Shown here piece after piece: positions 18,623 through 29,829 of a DNA stretch of 64,000 nucleotides. Both the position numbers and the translations under genes were made by a program. Origin of the DNA: an uncultured Nitrospiraceae bacterium (GTDB lineage: Bacteria; Nitrospirota; Thermodesulfovibrionia; Thermodesulfovibrionales; UBA6898). The notes under the pieces are model-generated. The model had not been told where the DNA came from. It saw only the letters and a program-made list of their open reading frames with translations, and did no database searches. The DNA lies in the NCBI GenBank assembly GCA_963811165.1, contig CAWEQH010000008.1:320001-384000 (forward strand), in the 5' to 3' direction. Every line of letters starts with the position of its first letter. Positions within the stretch are counted from its first letter, which is position 1.

Positions 18623-20420
18623 AGAGAACAAGAAAAAGGTAGTCGTCAGGGTCTGTATCGGAACGGGCGGTCTCGCGGCCGGCGGCAAGGAGGTCATCGC
18701 GGCGTTCAAAAAGGCGATCAGCGACTTCTGCGTCGATCTCGATCTCGATTTTACCTGCCATTACCAGAAGGTGGGTTGCCGGGGGTTCTGCGCGAGGGAC
18801 GTCCTTGTCGACGTGGTTGACGGCGACAAGAGCGTGACGTATCAGGGAATCAAGCCCGACAATGCAAAGAGGATTGTACAGGAACATCTGATCGAGGGGA
18901 ATCCGGTAACCGAGTGGCTTATCGAGGACTCGTACTACGCCTTCCATTCAAAACAGCACAAAATCCTTCTTAAAGATTGCGGCACGATAGACCCCGAAGA
19001 CATTCATTCTTACATAAACAAAGGCGGATACGATGCGATAAAGAAGATTCTTTCGGGAATGACACCCTCGGGAATGACACCCAATGAGGTGATCAATGAG
19101 ATCAAGGCCTCGGGTATCCGCGGCAGGGGAGGAGCAGGGTTTCCGACCGGAGTAAAATGGGAGGCCTGCCGCAAGGCGCCGGGCGATGCGAAGTACATTG
19201 TCTGTAACGCCGACGAGGGCGATCCCGGTGCATTCATGGACAGATCGATCATCGAGGGCAATCCCCATTCCGTGATCGAGGGCATGATGATCGCCGCCTA
19301 TGCAATCGGCTCGAATCTGGGCTATGTGTATATCAGAGCCGAATACCCGGCGGCTGTCGAACGGCTGAAACTTGCAATGGCCCAGGCCCACGAGGCGGGG
19401 TATCTCGGGAAAGACCTCTTCGGTTCCGGCTTCAGCTTCGACCTGCGCATCAAGCTCGGCGCGGGCGCCTTTGTCTGCGGCGAGGAAACCGCCCTCATCG
19501 CCTCGATCGAAGGCCAGAGGGGAATGCCGAGGGCAAAGCCCCCGTTCCCCGTCCATCGCGGGTTGTGGGGCAGGCCGACGGTCATCAACAACGTCGAGAC
19601 GCTCGCCAACATCCCTATCATCATGAGACAAGGCGCTGCCTGGTACTCCTCGATAGGCACGGAGAAGAGCAAGGGCACAAAGGTCTTCGCCCTGACCGGC
19701 AAGGTCAAGAACACTGGTCTGATAGAGGTACCTATGGGGATACGCCTGGGCGAGATCATTTACGATATCGGCGGCGGCATTATCGATAACAAGGCGTTCA
19801 AGGCGGTCCAGACAGGAGGTCCCTCAGGGGGCTGTATCCCTGCATCGCTTCTGGACACCCCCGTTGACTATGAATCCCTCGCCAAGGTCGGGTCCATCGT
19901 CGGTTCGGGCGGGATGGTCGTGCTGGACGAGACGAACTGTATGGTGAACATCGCAAAGTTTTTCCTCGAATTCACCCAGGCCGAGTCTTGCGGCAAATGT
20001 GTGCCTTGCAGGATCGGGACGAAGAGGCTGCTCGAAATCCTGACGCGCATTACGAAAGGCGAGGGCAGGGAGGGTGATATAGAGCTCCTCGAAAGGCTGA
20101 GCTACAGCGTCAAATCCACGTCTCTCTGCGGTCTCGGTCAGACAGCGCCGAACCCGATCATGAGTACCCTCAAGTATTTCAGGGAAGAGTATGAGACCCA
20201 TATACGGGACAAGAAGTGTCCGGCGAAGGTATGCAGGGACCTCCTGATATACTCGATTATCGAGGCGAAATGTAAGGGATGCGGCGCCTGTGTAAAGGCA
20301 TGTCCCGCAGGCGCGGTGACGGGCGAGAAAAAGAAGCCCCATGTAATAGATCCGAACAAATGTATAAAGTGCGGCGCGTGCTTCGATGCATGCAAGTTCA
20401 AGTCGGTGGAGAGGGAGTAG
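18609..20420 (+). CDS. NuoF/HydB-like FMN/NADH-binding subunit with a C-terminal 2[4Fe-4S] ferredoxin
   Basis: RGRGGAGFPTG, NADEGDPGAFMDR, GAFVCGEETAL, GGPSGG, ESCGKCVPCRIG, two CxxCxxCxxxC motifs. Confidence 0.93.
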   Translation: MSEAEENKKKVVVRVCIGTGGLAAGGKEVIAAFKKAISDFCVDLDLDFTCHYQKVGCRGFCARDVLVDVVDGDKSVTYQGIKPDNAKRIVQEHLIEGNPVTEWLIEDSYYAFHSKQHKILLKDCGTIDPEDIHSYINKGGYDAIKKILSGMTPSGMTPNEVINEIKASGIRGRGGAGFPTGVKWEACRKAPGDAKYIVCNADEGDPGAFMDRSIIEGNPHSVIEGMMIAAYAIGSNLGYVYIRAEYPAAVERLKLAMAQAHEAGYLGKDLFGSGFSFDLRIKLGAGAFVCGEETALIASIEGQRGMPRAKPPFPVHRGLWGRPTVINNVETLANIPIIMRQGAAWYSSIGTEKSKGTKVFALTGKVKNTGLIEVPMGIRLGEIIYDIGGGIIDNKAFKAVQTGGPSGGCIPASLLDTPVDYESLAKVGSIVGSGGMVVLDETNCMVNIAKFFLEFTQAESCGKCVPCRIGTKRLLEILTRITKGEGREGDIELLERLSYSVKSTSLCGLGQTAPNPIMSTLKYFREEYETHIRDKKCPAKVCRDLLIYSIIEAKCKGCGACVKACPAGAVTGEKKKPHVIDPNKCIKCGACFDACKFKSVERE

Positions 20421-20425
20421 GACTG

Positions 20426-23098
20426 ATGGTGAAGCTCACAATAGACGGAAAAACGATACACGCCCCTCAGGATGCGACGGTCCTGGATGCGGCAAGGCTC
20501 GCGGGCATTTCGATCCCGACCCTCTGCCACCATCCGAAGCTTACACCCTTCGGCGGATGCAGGCTTTGTATCGTCGAGATCAAGGGGGTGCCGAGACCGG
20601 TCACCTCGTGTACGACACCTGTGAACGAAGGGATGGAGGTGACAACCTCAACTCCGCAGATCGAGGACCTGAGGAAGACTGTTCTCGAACTCATCCTCTC
20701 CGACCATCCGAACGACTGCATGGTATGCGAAAAGACGGGTGCCTGCACGCTCCAGGAACTCGCGTATGTATACGGGATCAGGGAAAATCCCTTCCAGGGA
20801 GAAAGAAGGGTATACCAAAAGAAAGACGGGAACCCCTTTATCGAGAGGGACCTCGAAAAGTGCATCATGTGCGGAAGATGCGTAAAGGTCTGCGACGAGG
20901 TCCAGGGGGTCGAGGCGATCGATTTCGGCTATCGTGGGTTCCAGGCGAAGATCTGCACCTCCTATGAGGATGACCTCAATTGCGAGTTTTGCGGACAGTG
21001 CGTTTCCGTATGTCCGACAGGTGCCCTCACAGGGAAACTCTGGGCGCAGAAGGGGAGGCCGGGAAGTACGAAGGAAGTCGATACGGTCTGTCCCTATTGC
21101 GGAACTGGGTGCAATGTCACCGCCCACGTAAAGGGCAACGAGATAGTCAGGATCGCTTCCCGGGAAGACACCCCCAATGAAGGGTGGCTCTGCGTCAAGG
21201 GCAGGTTCGGATACCAGTTTGTCAATAGTCCCGACCGTCTCACGAAGCCCCTCATAAAGCGAGACGGCAAGTTCGAAGATGCGTCATGGGACGAGGCACT
21301 TGATTATATCGTATCCAGACTCAAAGAGATAAAGTTAAAAAACGGGGCCGACGCGCTTGCCGGACTTTCATCGGCGCGTTGCACCAATGAAGAAAATTAC
21401 GTATTCCAGAAGTTCATGCGCGCAGCGGTCGGAACGAATAACGTCGACCATTGCGCACGTCTCTGACACGCTCCCACCGTGGCCGGTCTGGCCGCTATCT
21501 TCGGTTCAGGGGCAATGACTAATTCCATCCGGGAGATAGAGGGGATGGAGGTCATCTTCATCGTCGGCTCCAACACGAAAGAGTCACATCCCGTCATTGC
21601 CAACCGGATGATAAAGGCATACCGTAGAGGCGCGAAGATCATCGTTGCCGACCCAAGGAGGGTGCCGATGGTGAAATTCGCCGAGGTCTTCATGAAGATG
21701 AAGCCGGGGACGGACATCGCCCTGTTAAACGGCATTGCCAATGTGATCGTTAAAGAAGGTCTTAGCAACGAGGAGTTCATAAGGGAAAAGACCGAAGGGT
21801 CCGAAGCGTGGAAGAAGTCCATTGAGGAATATACTCCGGAGCGGGTTGAGAGCATAACGGGGGTCCCTAAAGATGATATCATCAAGGCCGCCAGGCTCTA
21901 CGGCCCGTCAAGGAAGGCTGGCATCTTTTATACCATGGGGATAACCCAGCATAGCTGCGGAACGGACAACGTACGGGCGATCGCAAACCTTGTGACCCTC
22001 ACCGGCAACATAGGGCGTGAATCAACGGGCGTGAATCCGCTCCGGGGACAAAACAATGTTCAGGGCTCTACTGACGCAGCATGTATCCCGAATGTGTATC
22101 CGGGTTATCAGCGGGTGGACCTTCCGGAGGTTAGGCAGAAGTTCGAGGCTGCCTGGGGTGTTTCCCTGCCTTCCACACCGGGACTTACCGCCACTGAGAT
22201 GATGGATGCCGCGGCCGAAGGGCGGATCAAGGCGATGTACATCATGGGAGAAAACCCGATCATCACCGACCCTAACATGCATCATACTATAAAGGCGCTC
22301 GAGAGCCTCGAGTTCCTTGTGGTCCAGGACATATTCATGACCGATACGGCCGAACTTGCGCATGTGGTCCTTCCGGCGGCCTGTTCTTTCGAGAAAGACG
22401 GTACTTTTACCAACACCGAGCGAAAGGTGCAGAGGGTGCGCAGGGCGGTCGAGCCGCCCGGCGAGGCAAGAGAAGACCTTTCTATCATAATGGAGGTCTC
22501 GAAGCGGCTTGGATATCAGATGAACCACAATTCTCCAGAGAAGGTCCTGAAGGAATATGGATCGCTCTGGCCGGCCATGGCAGGCATTACTTACGGCAGG
22601 CTCGATGAAAAAGGTATTCAGTGGCCGTGTCCGTCGGAGGAGCATCCCGGAACGGAATTCCTCTATAAAGACGGCTTCCCCAAAGGCAAGGTCCCGTTCA
22701 TCCCTGTTTCCTACAACCCTCCCGCTGAAATTACCGATGCGGAATATCCTTTTATCCTGACGACCGGTAGGAACCTTTTTCAGTATCATTCGGGATCGAT
22801 GTCGAGGCGTGTGAAACCTATCGAGGAGCATGCAGGAGAGCCCTATGTCGAGATACATCCCGAAGACGGCCGAGGACTCGGGATAAAGAACGGCGACAGA
22901 ATAAAAGTCTCATCCCGGCGGGGAGAGATAGAGATCAAGGCGAGATTTACGAAAAAGGTATCGCAAGGCACGGTCTTCATCCCCATGCACTACCGCGAGG
23001 CGGCGGCAAATGTGATCACCAACGACGCCCTTGACCCGGTTGTCAAGATCCCCGAGTTCAAGGTCTGCGCGGTAAAGATAGCACCCGCAAAAAAATAA
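20426..23098 (+). CDS. fdhA: Selenocysteine-containing formate dehydrogenase alpha subunit (Mo/W-bisPGD)
   Basis: ORFs 20279-21466 and 21479-23098 are in the same frame, separated by TGA (21464-21466) in DHCARL-U-HAPTVAGL. N-terminal 2Fe-2S/4Fe-4S domains, CPYCGTGC, RGQNNVQG, PEFKVCAV. Confidence 0.93.
21467..21497 (+). promoter_or_regulatory. Bacterial SECIS element
   Basis: TGA CAC GCT CCC ACC GTGGCC-GGTCT-GGCCGC hairpin at the same offset and with the same apical GGTCT as the E. coli fdhF SECIS. Confidence 0.8.
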
Positions 23099-23137
23099 CG
23101 CAGTCTTTTAGAAGGAACGGTTCCGTACACAGAAGGG

Positions 23138-24361
23138 TCACTTTGCCGGGAGCGTAACGGTGACCGAAAAGAGTTTCTCGTCTGTCTTGTTGATAAAGAC
23201 TTCCCCGCCGTGTGACCGCACGATGTAGCGGACGATATAGAGCCCCAGCCCCTTACCCTCCGCATGAATATGGGACCTTTGGCCCCGATAAAACGGCTCG
23301 AAGAGGTTTTCCAATTCCTTTTTTTCGATAGGTTCACAGGTGTTCGAGATCGTGATGAATATCGTCCCCTTCCTGTGTGAAAGAGAAAGCTTGATCGATC
23401 CGCCGGCCGGGGTATACTTCACCGCGTTGTCCAGGAGGTTTTCTATCGTTCTCCGTATGAGGCCCTCGTCGCAGATGCAGTTAATGCTCGGCATTTCGGA
23501 GATGTCGAGCGAAACCTGCTTCGTCCCGGCAGCAGCGGCATAGGAGGAGATGATTTCCTCGATGATCTTGTTGATGTTGGTCCTGCTCGTCGACAGGTCG
23601 AGAGGTTTGAACTTCGATGATGAGAGGAGGGCCAGATTGCGCAGGAGGTTTATTATCCTGTCCGTCTCCTTAAGGCCTGAGCCTATGACCTCCTTGTATT
23701 CTCCGGCGGGACGTTCCTTCCTGAGGGCTACCTCGAAGTTGCCCTTTATTGCGGTAAGGGGAGAACGAAGTTCATGGTTGATGTTGGACAAGAAGGTCTC
23801 CTGAAAAGTGCAGAGATCGGATATCGGCCTCATCGCGTGGCGCAGGAGATACCTGCTTGCCAGATATGACAGAAGAAGCATGAGGGGAGACAGTATCAGG
23901 GCCATCCGCAGAAAATCCCGCTCGAGTCCCGCCTCGCCGTGCAGCGAGACGGCTGCCCTTCCCGCATTGGCGCCATCGAGGGGAAAATAGGAGATGAGGC
24001 AGCGCTCCTTGCCTACCATTCTGGTCTCGAACTCTTGCCTTCCCGCAAAGGCTGCCGCAAGCAGATCATTATTTAGTTCAGGATAAAAACCGACTGAGTT
24101 TCGCGTGGAAATCACCACCTCGCCTGCCTTATTCAGGATCTGAAAGTAGTTTTCGTCCACGAATTCCGTGAGGAACGAGGGGCCGGTATCGCGGTAACGA
24201 TCGAGAAATTCGTCTTTTATGTCCTCTGTTAAATGCCTTTTTACGCTGGCCATCAGACCAAAATGGAGGACGATGAAGCCGATCACCAGGATCACACCGC
24301 TGAATGCGACGATGACTGAGGTGAATATTGCCGTAAGACGCTTTCTGACGGGCTCAATCAT
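23138..24361 (-). CDS. Sensor histidine kinase (orphan)
   Basis: Two TM helices, HELRSPLT, NLLDNAVKY, FEPFYRG, GKGLGLYI. Confidence 0.88.
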   Translation of the reverse strand: MIEPVRKRLTAIFTSVIVAFSGVILVIGFIVLHFGLMASVKRHLTEDIKDEFLDRYRDTGPSFLTEFVDENYFQILNKAGEVVISTRNSVGFYPELNNDLLAAAFAGRQEFETRMVGKERCLISYFPLDGANAGRAAVSLHGEAGLERDFLRMALILSPLMLLLSYLASRYLLRHAMRPISDLCTFQETFLSNINHELRSPLTAIKGNFEVALRKERPAGEYKEVIGSGLKETDRIINLLRNLALLSSSKFKPLDLSTSRTNINKIIEEIISSYAAAAGTKQVSLDISEMPSINCICDEGLIRRTIENLLDNAVKYTPAGGSIKLSLSHRKGTIFITISNTCEPIEKKELENLFEPFYRGQRSHIHAEGKGLGLYIVRYIVRSHGGEVFINKTDEKLFSVTVTLPAK

Positions 24362-24582
24362 AGGAACCTGGGAAGATGCTCACGCGATGACCGCAGACAA
24401 TTGAGGGATCTTTCAGTTTTTTTGGGAGAATGCCCTTTCATATTTCAAGTTTATCGTAAGTGGGAAAGGAGTCAAGTTTGCCCCAAAAAAATACCACCTC
24501 GAACAGCTCGGGCCCATGATGGGGAGGTGCCTGGCGCAAAACCACTCATTTTCACAATCGGGAAAGGAAAGTATCCCCGGGT

Positions 24583-27500
24583 CTATTTCAATTTGAAATC
24601 GACGCGGCTGTCTTTCAATTTTTCTTTTTTCTCGGGTGAGAGCGATTTCGGTTCAACCAGGAATACCCTCTCAGGTTCGACCTGATTCGATTTTAAAATG
24701 AGGTCCTTCACCTTTAGTGCCCGCTGTGAGGCGAGAAGTCTCAGGTCGTCGTCCTTCACCTCGATATGGGTAAGCATCAACTTTTCCATTTCTGCCGGAG
24801 GCAGGTCCTTCGCGATCCCTATGAAGTTTCTCGGCTTCGGAAACTTTTCCTGTTTATAGGCCATCTTTAGGTATTTGGGATATTCCTCCTTTTCAATCTT
24901 CACCTCGTCCACCGGAACAGGCGGGAGCCCTCTTTTTACCATATCTTTCAATTTCTGGGCCTTGATCTTTTTGTTGAAGAGGTAATCTCTCAGTCCCTCC
25001 CTGTCCTTTTCGATGTCGACGTGCCCCTCTATCTCGAGTTTCAGGGCAGGCCTGTCGGAGAGCGCCTTGGTAAGCTTGTCGATCTTTTTTACTCCTTCCT
25101 CGTTTATGTCCGCGCTTCCGTAGCCGAAATCGAGGTAGCTGAGTTCCTCCCCGCCTCCGCCGAAGATCGCGCCTAAGAGCGCAAAAGGGGACGTTGCAGC
25201 CTTTGCGAGCAGGTTCACAATTATCTTGAGTACTATCCTTCCCACGCTGAATTTTGGGTCATCGATGTACCCCGTTACCGGGATGTCGAGTTTGATCTCC
25301 CCCTTCCTGTTCTTAAGAAGAGCTATCGCCAGCCTCACCGGAAGTTTTGTGGCATCAGGGCTCTCTACTTTATCGCCAAGCGTGAACTGGTCGAGGAATA
25401 TGGTGTTTTGGGAATCGAGCTTCTTTTTCACGATAAGGTATTGCAGGTTGAGTGCGAGCTTGCCCTTCTGGATGGTATAGCCGACGTATCTTCCGGAATA
25501 AGGAGTCATGGGGCTCAGGTCCATATCCTTGAAGTTGACCTTCAGGTCGACGTAGAGGTCTTCCCTCAGCGGGTTTATCCTGCCGGTGATTTCGAGAGGC
25601 GCATAGTCGCCGAGCTTTCCCTTGAGGTCGAGATCGGCGAACTTATCTTCTTCCGAAGAGAGCCCTGATATCCTGCCGCCGATTTCAAGGAGGTTTGCGG
25701 AATAATTCGGTTCGATATGTCTGTCGGAAAAATTGATTGTACCTCCCTGGAGGGTCACGGTCCCGATCTTTATTATTTTTGGCGCCGCGGTCTTTCCGCC
25801 GGTCGCCGGAGGGGTCAAATCCTTGGCCGGTCCAGTGGCCGTCGGCGCCGGCGGCCCTGATTCCACGATGCCCTGAACATTAAGTGACCCATCGGGGTTG
25901 ATGATCAGTCGTGAATAGAAATCTGTAAGGGCGACCTCCTGTATAGTGACAAACAGAGGATTGTATCCCGCCTTTATGCCGTCGAAGTGCAGTGAGTTCC
26001 ATTTCAGGAAATCGTCTGCATTTGCCTTGTCAAGCGAAGAGAACTTTGTTAGAGAGGCCTCGCCGGTGTATACCACTTTAGGGCCCGTATCTTTTTCATA
26101 AGACAGGGAAATGTTTCCGTTTGCCGAAATAGCTCCCTCGGTCAGGATGACCTTTACCTTGTCGGTGAAGTAGGGCTGGAAAGGGACGACATCCATGCCT
26201 TTTACACTGAGTTTCAGGTTAGCAGACGGAGGCGTGAGGCCCAACGTTCCACTTGTCGAGAGAGAACCCTTCTTGTTCAGGAGTAAAGAAAGAGAGACCC
26301 TGCCCCTGCCTTTTTTTGCCGTCGTGATATCCTTCCCCGCGACCCTGATGTTGTCGACAGCCATTGTGACCGGTTGCTGCGGAACGAGGTCGGCAATCTT
26401 CACCGCATATCCCTCAAGCGACAAGGCCTTCACATGGACAAGCCACGGTTTTTCGGCCTGCACCTTTTTTGTTTTTCGGGGCCCCGCCTCCTGAGGCGAT
26501 GCCGGGGGAACAAGGTTCTCCACGTTTAGTTTTCCGTCAGGGAAGCGCTTCACGAGCAGCAGGCCTTTCTGCGTAGAGAAGTTGCCGACCACAAGCTCTT
26601 TCTTTGATAAATCGACATCCGTTTCCTTTATTGAAATAACGGGTATCTTAAGAAAATCGTCTTTCTCCCCCCTTTTTCTAAGCCTCAGGGAATTAAGGGC
26701 GGCCGACATCGCCGAAAGTCTGATATCCGGTTCCTCACCGGTTTTTGAGAAAATGTACCGGGTCTTCAGATCGAGTTGAGCATCCTCGATATCAAAGAGC
26801 ACTTTTTCGCTGAAGTAAGGTGAATATTTCTTGAGAGGGACCCCTTTGACCTCCACGCTGCCTTCGGCTGCCAAAGGGGAGACGGAGAAATCTCCTGTGG
26901 CTTTCAGGCTCTCCTTCGCCTCCGTCTGCAAAGACAGAGCCACCGCAGTCTTTATATTAGGCCTGTTACTGAAATGATCTATGTTCAGACCGATATCTTC
27001 TATCGTCGTCCTGAAGGTGCCGGTCTTCAGCGAATCTGAAAAGGATATCTTGCCGCCGGCCACCTTGATCTCATCTGCGTCGATTGTCATGGGTTTTGAA
27101 GGTTCTTTTTTCTCTGCGGAGCCCTGCGGGACGAGGGACTCCAGATTTGTTTTCCCTGCTTTGTCTCTAACGATGACGATCTCGGGCGATTGGAACAAAA
27201 GCCTTGAAAGATGTAGCTTTTGGGAAATCAGGTCTGACGCTGCGATAGAGATATCTATCAGGGGCAGGCCGATAATGGGGTTGTCCTTTTCATCGGCAAC
27301 CTTGATCTGTTTGACAGTGATGTCCCCCGTCAGGGCGAGGGTGGGGGCTTTCGTTTTGTGCTGGGTGTAAGAGACTGCGAGCTTGGTATCGACGAAACCT
27401 GAAAGGAACTTGTAGTTCATTTTAAACGGGACATATGCCAGATAATACGGGATATTGAAGTCTTTCATATTTATATCAAAGGACGTCTCGTGGGAGTCGG

Positions 27501-28152
27501 CGAATAGCTTTGTTTTTCCTTTGAAAGAGACAAGGGTGTCGTTTATTTTTGCCTCAAACAGGGGTTGGACGAATATATCTATATCGTGAGGGAGGTCCGA
27601 TATGAACGGGATCTTTATGACAACATCCCGCACCTTATGTTTCGTATGCTTCGGCCCGTCAAGAAAATCAGCGCTGCCGTTCACTATCTGGATATTGTTA
27701 AGGGAAAACCTCAAGGGGTTCGCTTCGGGTGTGGTCTTTGGTTTCCCTTCTTCGAGCAGATCGGAAAAATTATACGTTGCGTCTTCATTCCGTATGACAT
27801 TAACGTAGGGGCGGTCGATCTTAATTTCCCTTATAACCGGCCCTCCCTTCCAGACGGAGGCTGTCTGGAGGTTCAGATAAAGTTCATCAAAAGAGACAAA
27901 CGTGCCTGAATTCGCACGGTCTTTGACCATGAACCCTTTAATATCAACGGATAGCATAAAGGGATTGACCTTTATCTTCTCAATAGTGACTTTGCGATGG
28001 AGTTTTTCCGAAAGCTTACTGATCAGCACAGATTTCAGGACAGGGGGGACTATGAAGAAACCCGTGATGGTAAAGAGGACGAGGAATATCAGCGCCCCGG
28101 TGAGGACCTTTCTAAGCCGCGGCCTCTCTCTGATCCCGCTCATCAGTTCCAT
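24583..28152 (-). CDS. DUF748 repeat (AsmA-like) envelope protein with a C-terminal OmpA-like region
   Basis: N-terminal TM anchor, repeated beta-rich units (NFSDLL), SPYSGRYVGY-type motif, LPVRLAIALLK, RPALKLEIEGH. Confidence 0.8.
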   Translation of the reverse strand: MELMSGIRERPRLRKVLTGALIFLVLFTITGFFIVPPVLKSVLISKLSEKLHRKVTIEKIKVNPFMLSVDIKGFMVKDRANSGTFVSFDELYLNLQTASVWKGGPVIREIKIDRPYVNVIRNEDATYNFSDLLEEGKPKTTPEANPLRFSLNNIQIVNGSADFLDGPKHTKHKVRDVVIKIPFISDLPHDIDIFVQPLFEAKINDTLVSFKGKTKLFADSHETSFDINMKDFNIPYYLAYVPFKMNYKFLSGFVDTKLAVSYTQHKTKAPTLALTGDITVKQIKVADEKDNPIIGLPLIDISIAASDLISQKLHLSRLLFQSPEIVIVRDKAGKTNLESLVPQGSAEKKEPSKPMTIDADEIKVAGGKISFSDSLKTGTFRTTIEDIGLNIDHFSNRPNIKTAVALSLQTEAKESLKATGDFSVSPLAAEGSVEVKGVPLKKYSPYFSEKVLFDIEDAQLDLKTRYIFSKTGEEPDIRLSAMSAALNSLRLRKRGEKDDFLKIPVISIKETDVDLSKKELVVGNFSTQKGLLLVKRFPDGKLNVENLVPPASPQEAGPRKTKKVQAEKPWLVHVKALSLEGYAVKIADLVPQQPVTMAVDNIRVAGKDITTAKKGRGRVSLSLLLNKKGSLSTSGTLGLTPPSANLKLSVKGMDVVPFQPYFTDKVKVILTEGAISANGNISLSYEKDTGPKVVYTGEASLTKFSSLDKANADDFLKWNSLHFDGIKAGYNPLFVTIQEVALTDFYSRLIINPDGSLNVQGIVESGPPAPTATGPAKDLTPPATGGKTAAPKIIKIGTVTLQGGTINFSDRHIEPNYSANLLEIGGRISGLSSEEDKFADLDLKGKLGDYAPLEITGRINPLREDLYVDLKVNFKDMDLSPMTPYSGRYVGYTIQKGKLALNLQYLIVKKKLDSQNTIFLDQFTLGDKVESPDATKLPVRLAIALLKNRKGEIKLDIPVTGYIDDPKFSVGRIVLKIIVNLLAKAATSPFALLGAIFGGGGEELSYLDFGYGSADINEEGVKKIDKLTKALSDRPALKLEIEGHVDIEKDREGLRDYLFNKKIKAQKLKDMVKRGLPPVPVDEVKIEKEEYPKYLKMAYKQEKFPKPRNFIGIAKDLPPAEMEKLMLTHIEVKDDDLRLLASQRALKVKDLILKSNQVEPERVFLVEPKSLSPEKKEKLKDSRVDFKLK

Positions 28153-28163
28153 TGAAATCTTCC

Positions 28164-28874
28164 TTACTTACCGAAAACGGTTTTGAGTAAGTCTGTGGCC
28201 CTCGCTGCAGGGTCGGTCCTGATCTTCTTCTCCTCCTGGCCGACCATGTAAAAAAGGCCGTCCAATGCCTTGTTGGTCACATAGTCATCGAGATCGAGAG
28301 ACTGTTTATTCATAAAGGGGACAGATTCATATTTCCCGATCATTTCCTTGTAGGAGCGCGTACACCCGACCTCGTCTACGCTCGCAGAGACAACAGGTTT
28401 AAATGCGCCATAGAGCTTGTCATGAGTCTTCTGTTTGAAAAACTCCGTTGCAGCAGTGTCGCCTCCGCCAAGGATCTTCCGCGCATCTTCGAAGGTCATC
28501 TCCTTGATCGCATCAACAAAAAAAGAGGCTGCCTTGGGTGCTGCTTTCTCGGCGGCCCTGTTCATGCTGAGAACAAATTCGTCAACCTCCTTTTGGTACC
28601 CGACTTTTCTGAGGACATTGCCTACCTTCTGGATCTCTTCGGGCATCAGTATTTTGATCGCCTGATTCCCGAAATAACCGTCTACGCTGGAGACGTTTTT
28701 GACCGCTTTTTCGGTGCTGATGGACAGGGCCTCCTTAAGCCCGGAGGCTGTGGTGCCCTCATCGGGTCCCCCTTTCTGCGCACTGCCGAAACCCTTCATC
28801 ATGTCCGCTAAGCCGGCATAGGCCTGAGTTGATGACAATGCCATAATCAGAATGAGAAGAAATGCCTTTTTCAT
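28164..28874 (-). CDS. DUF4197 family exported protein
   Basis: Signal peptide; GLKEAL, SMNRAAEKA, ATEFF, ALDGLF, EEKKIRTDP. Confidence 0.85.
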   Translation of the reverse strand: MKKAFLLILIMALSSTQAYAGLADMMKGFGSAQKGGPDEGTTASGLKEALSISTEKAVKNVSSVDGYFGNQAIKILMPEEIQKVGNVLRKVGYQKEVDEFVLSMNRAAEKAAPKAASFFVDAIKEMTFEDARKILGGGDTAATEFFKQKTHDKLYGAFKPVVSASVDEVGCTRSYKEMIGKYESVPFMNKQSLDLDDYVTNKALDGLFYMVGQEEKKIRTDPAARATDLLKTVFGK

Positions 28875-28951
28875 AATTTTTCCCTCCTTATTAACGGCCA
28901 ATCCTTGTCCCTCTCCATGCATTTATCGTGTGTCCCGGTACATGCACACAC

Positions 28952-29407
28952 TCACGGCATCTTCAATTCAGAGGTGCAGTGGCCGCAGCGGACAGCCTTT
29001 ATAGGAATGACGGAGAGACAGAAGGGACATTCTTTGGTTGCCGGGGCTGCAGCCGAAGCTTCCTGTTGTCTTTTGAGGGCATTGATGCTGCGGACAAGCA
29101 GGAAAACCGAAAAAGCGATGACGAGAAAACTGATGACAGTATTAATAAAGACCCCGTAATTAATTGTGACCGCGCCGGCTGCCTTTGCCGCTGCGAGAGA
29201 CCCGTACGGCCCCGCGACCTTGCCCTCTTTAAGGACTGCAAAGAGATTCGCGAAATCGACATTCCCAAGGAGCAACCCGACGGGAGGCATAATGATATCG
29301 GCAACGACTGAATTGACTATGGTTCCGAAGGCCGCGCCGATTACTATGCCGATAGCCATATCAATCACATTCCCCCGCATTGCGAATTCTTTGAACTCTT
29401 TAAGCAT
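28952..29407 (-). CDS. mscL: Large-conductance mechanosensitive channel with a C-terminal Cys4 motif
   Basis: [47 protein letters not shown]; tail CPFC..CGHC. Confidence 0.95.
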   Translation of the reverse strand: MLKEFKEFAMRGNVIDMAIGIVIGAAFGTIVNSVVADIIMPPVGLLLGNVDFANLFAVLKEGKVAGPYGSLAAAKAAGAVTINYGVFINTVISFLVIAFSVFLLVRSINALKRQQEASAAAPATKECPFCLSVIPIKAVRCGHCTSELKMP

Positions 29408-29665
29408 GCTCTGCCCCCCTTTCCGACATGTAGTAAAGCTGGCTTATCCTATGGTTCAAGCCTATCACCATCTGTGCCGGAATGCAAACATCTTTAGCTG
29501 CGATGGGAGCTTCCTTCTCTCATGGATATCGGACGCATCACAGGGCCTTCAGTTTCCCGGGCGATGGCTTTATTTCTGTCGGCACCGAAGAGCAATGCAA
29601 ACGACACCCGCCCGGGGCACTTAAGTCTGCAGGGTAAGCTTCTACTTTAAAGGAAGGAGGGGGAA

Positions 29666-29742
<77 letters not shown>

Positions 29743-29829
29743 AACGGAAAAACAGTATCAGAATATTAAGCGTCTTGGCGGAGTAAAGTCAAGTCGATAT
29801 GGATCGATTATCTTTGGTACACTCTAAGG

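Noticed and set aside
21464..21466. Premature stop suggesting an fdhA pseudogene
   Set aside because: The position and the SECIS hairpin indicate selenocysteine.
24490..24535. CACCTC...GAGGTG hairpin as a riboswitch
   Set aside because: No match to an aptamer I recognise; on the minus strand it is followed by a U run and is more simply a terminator for the DUF748 gene.
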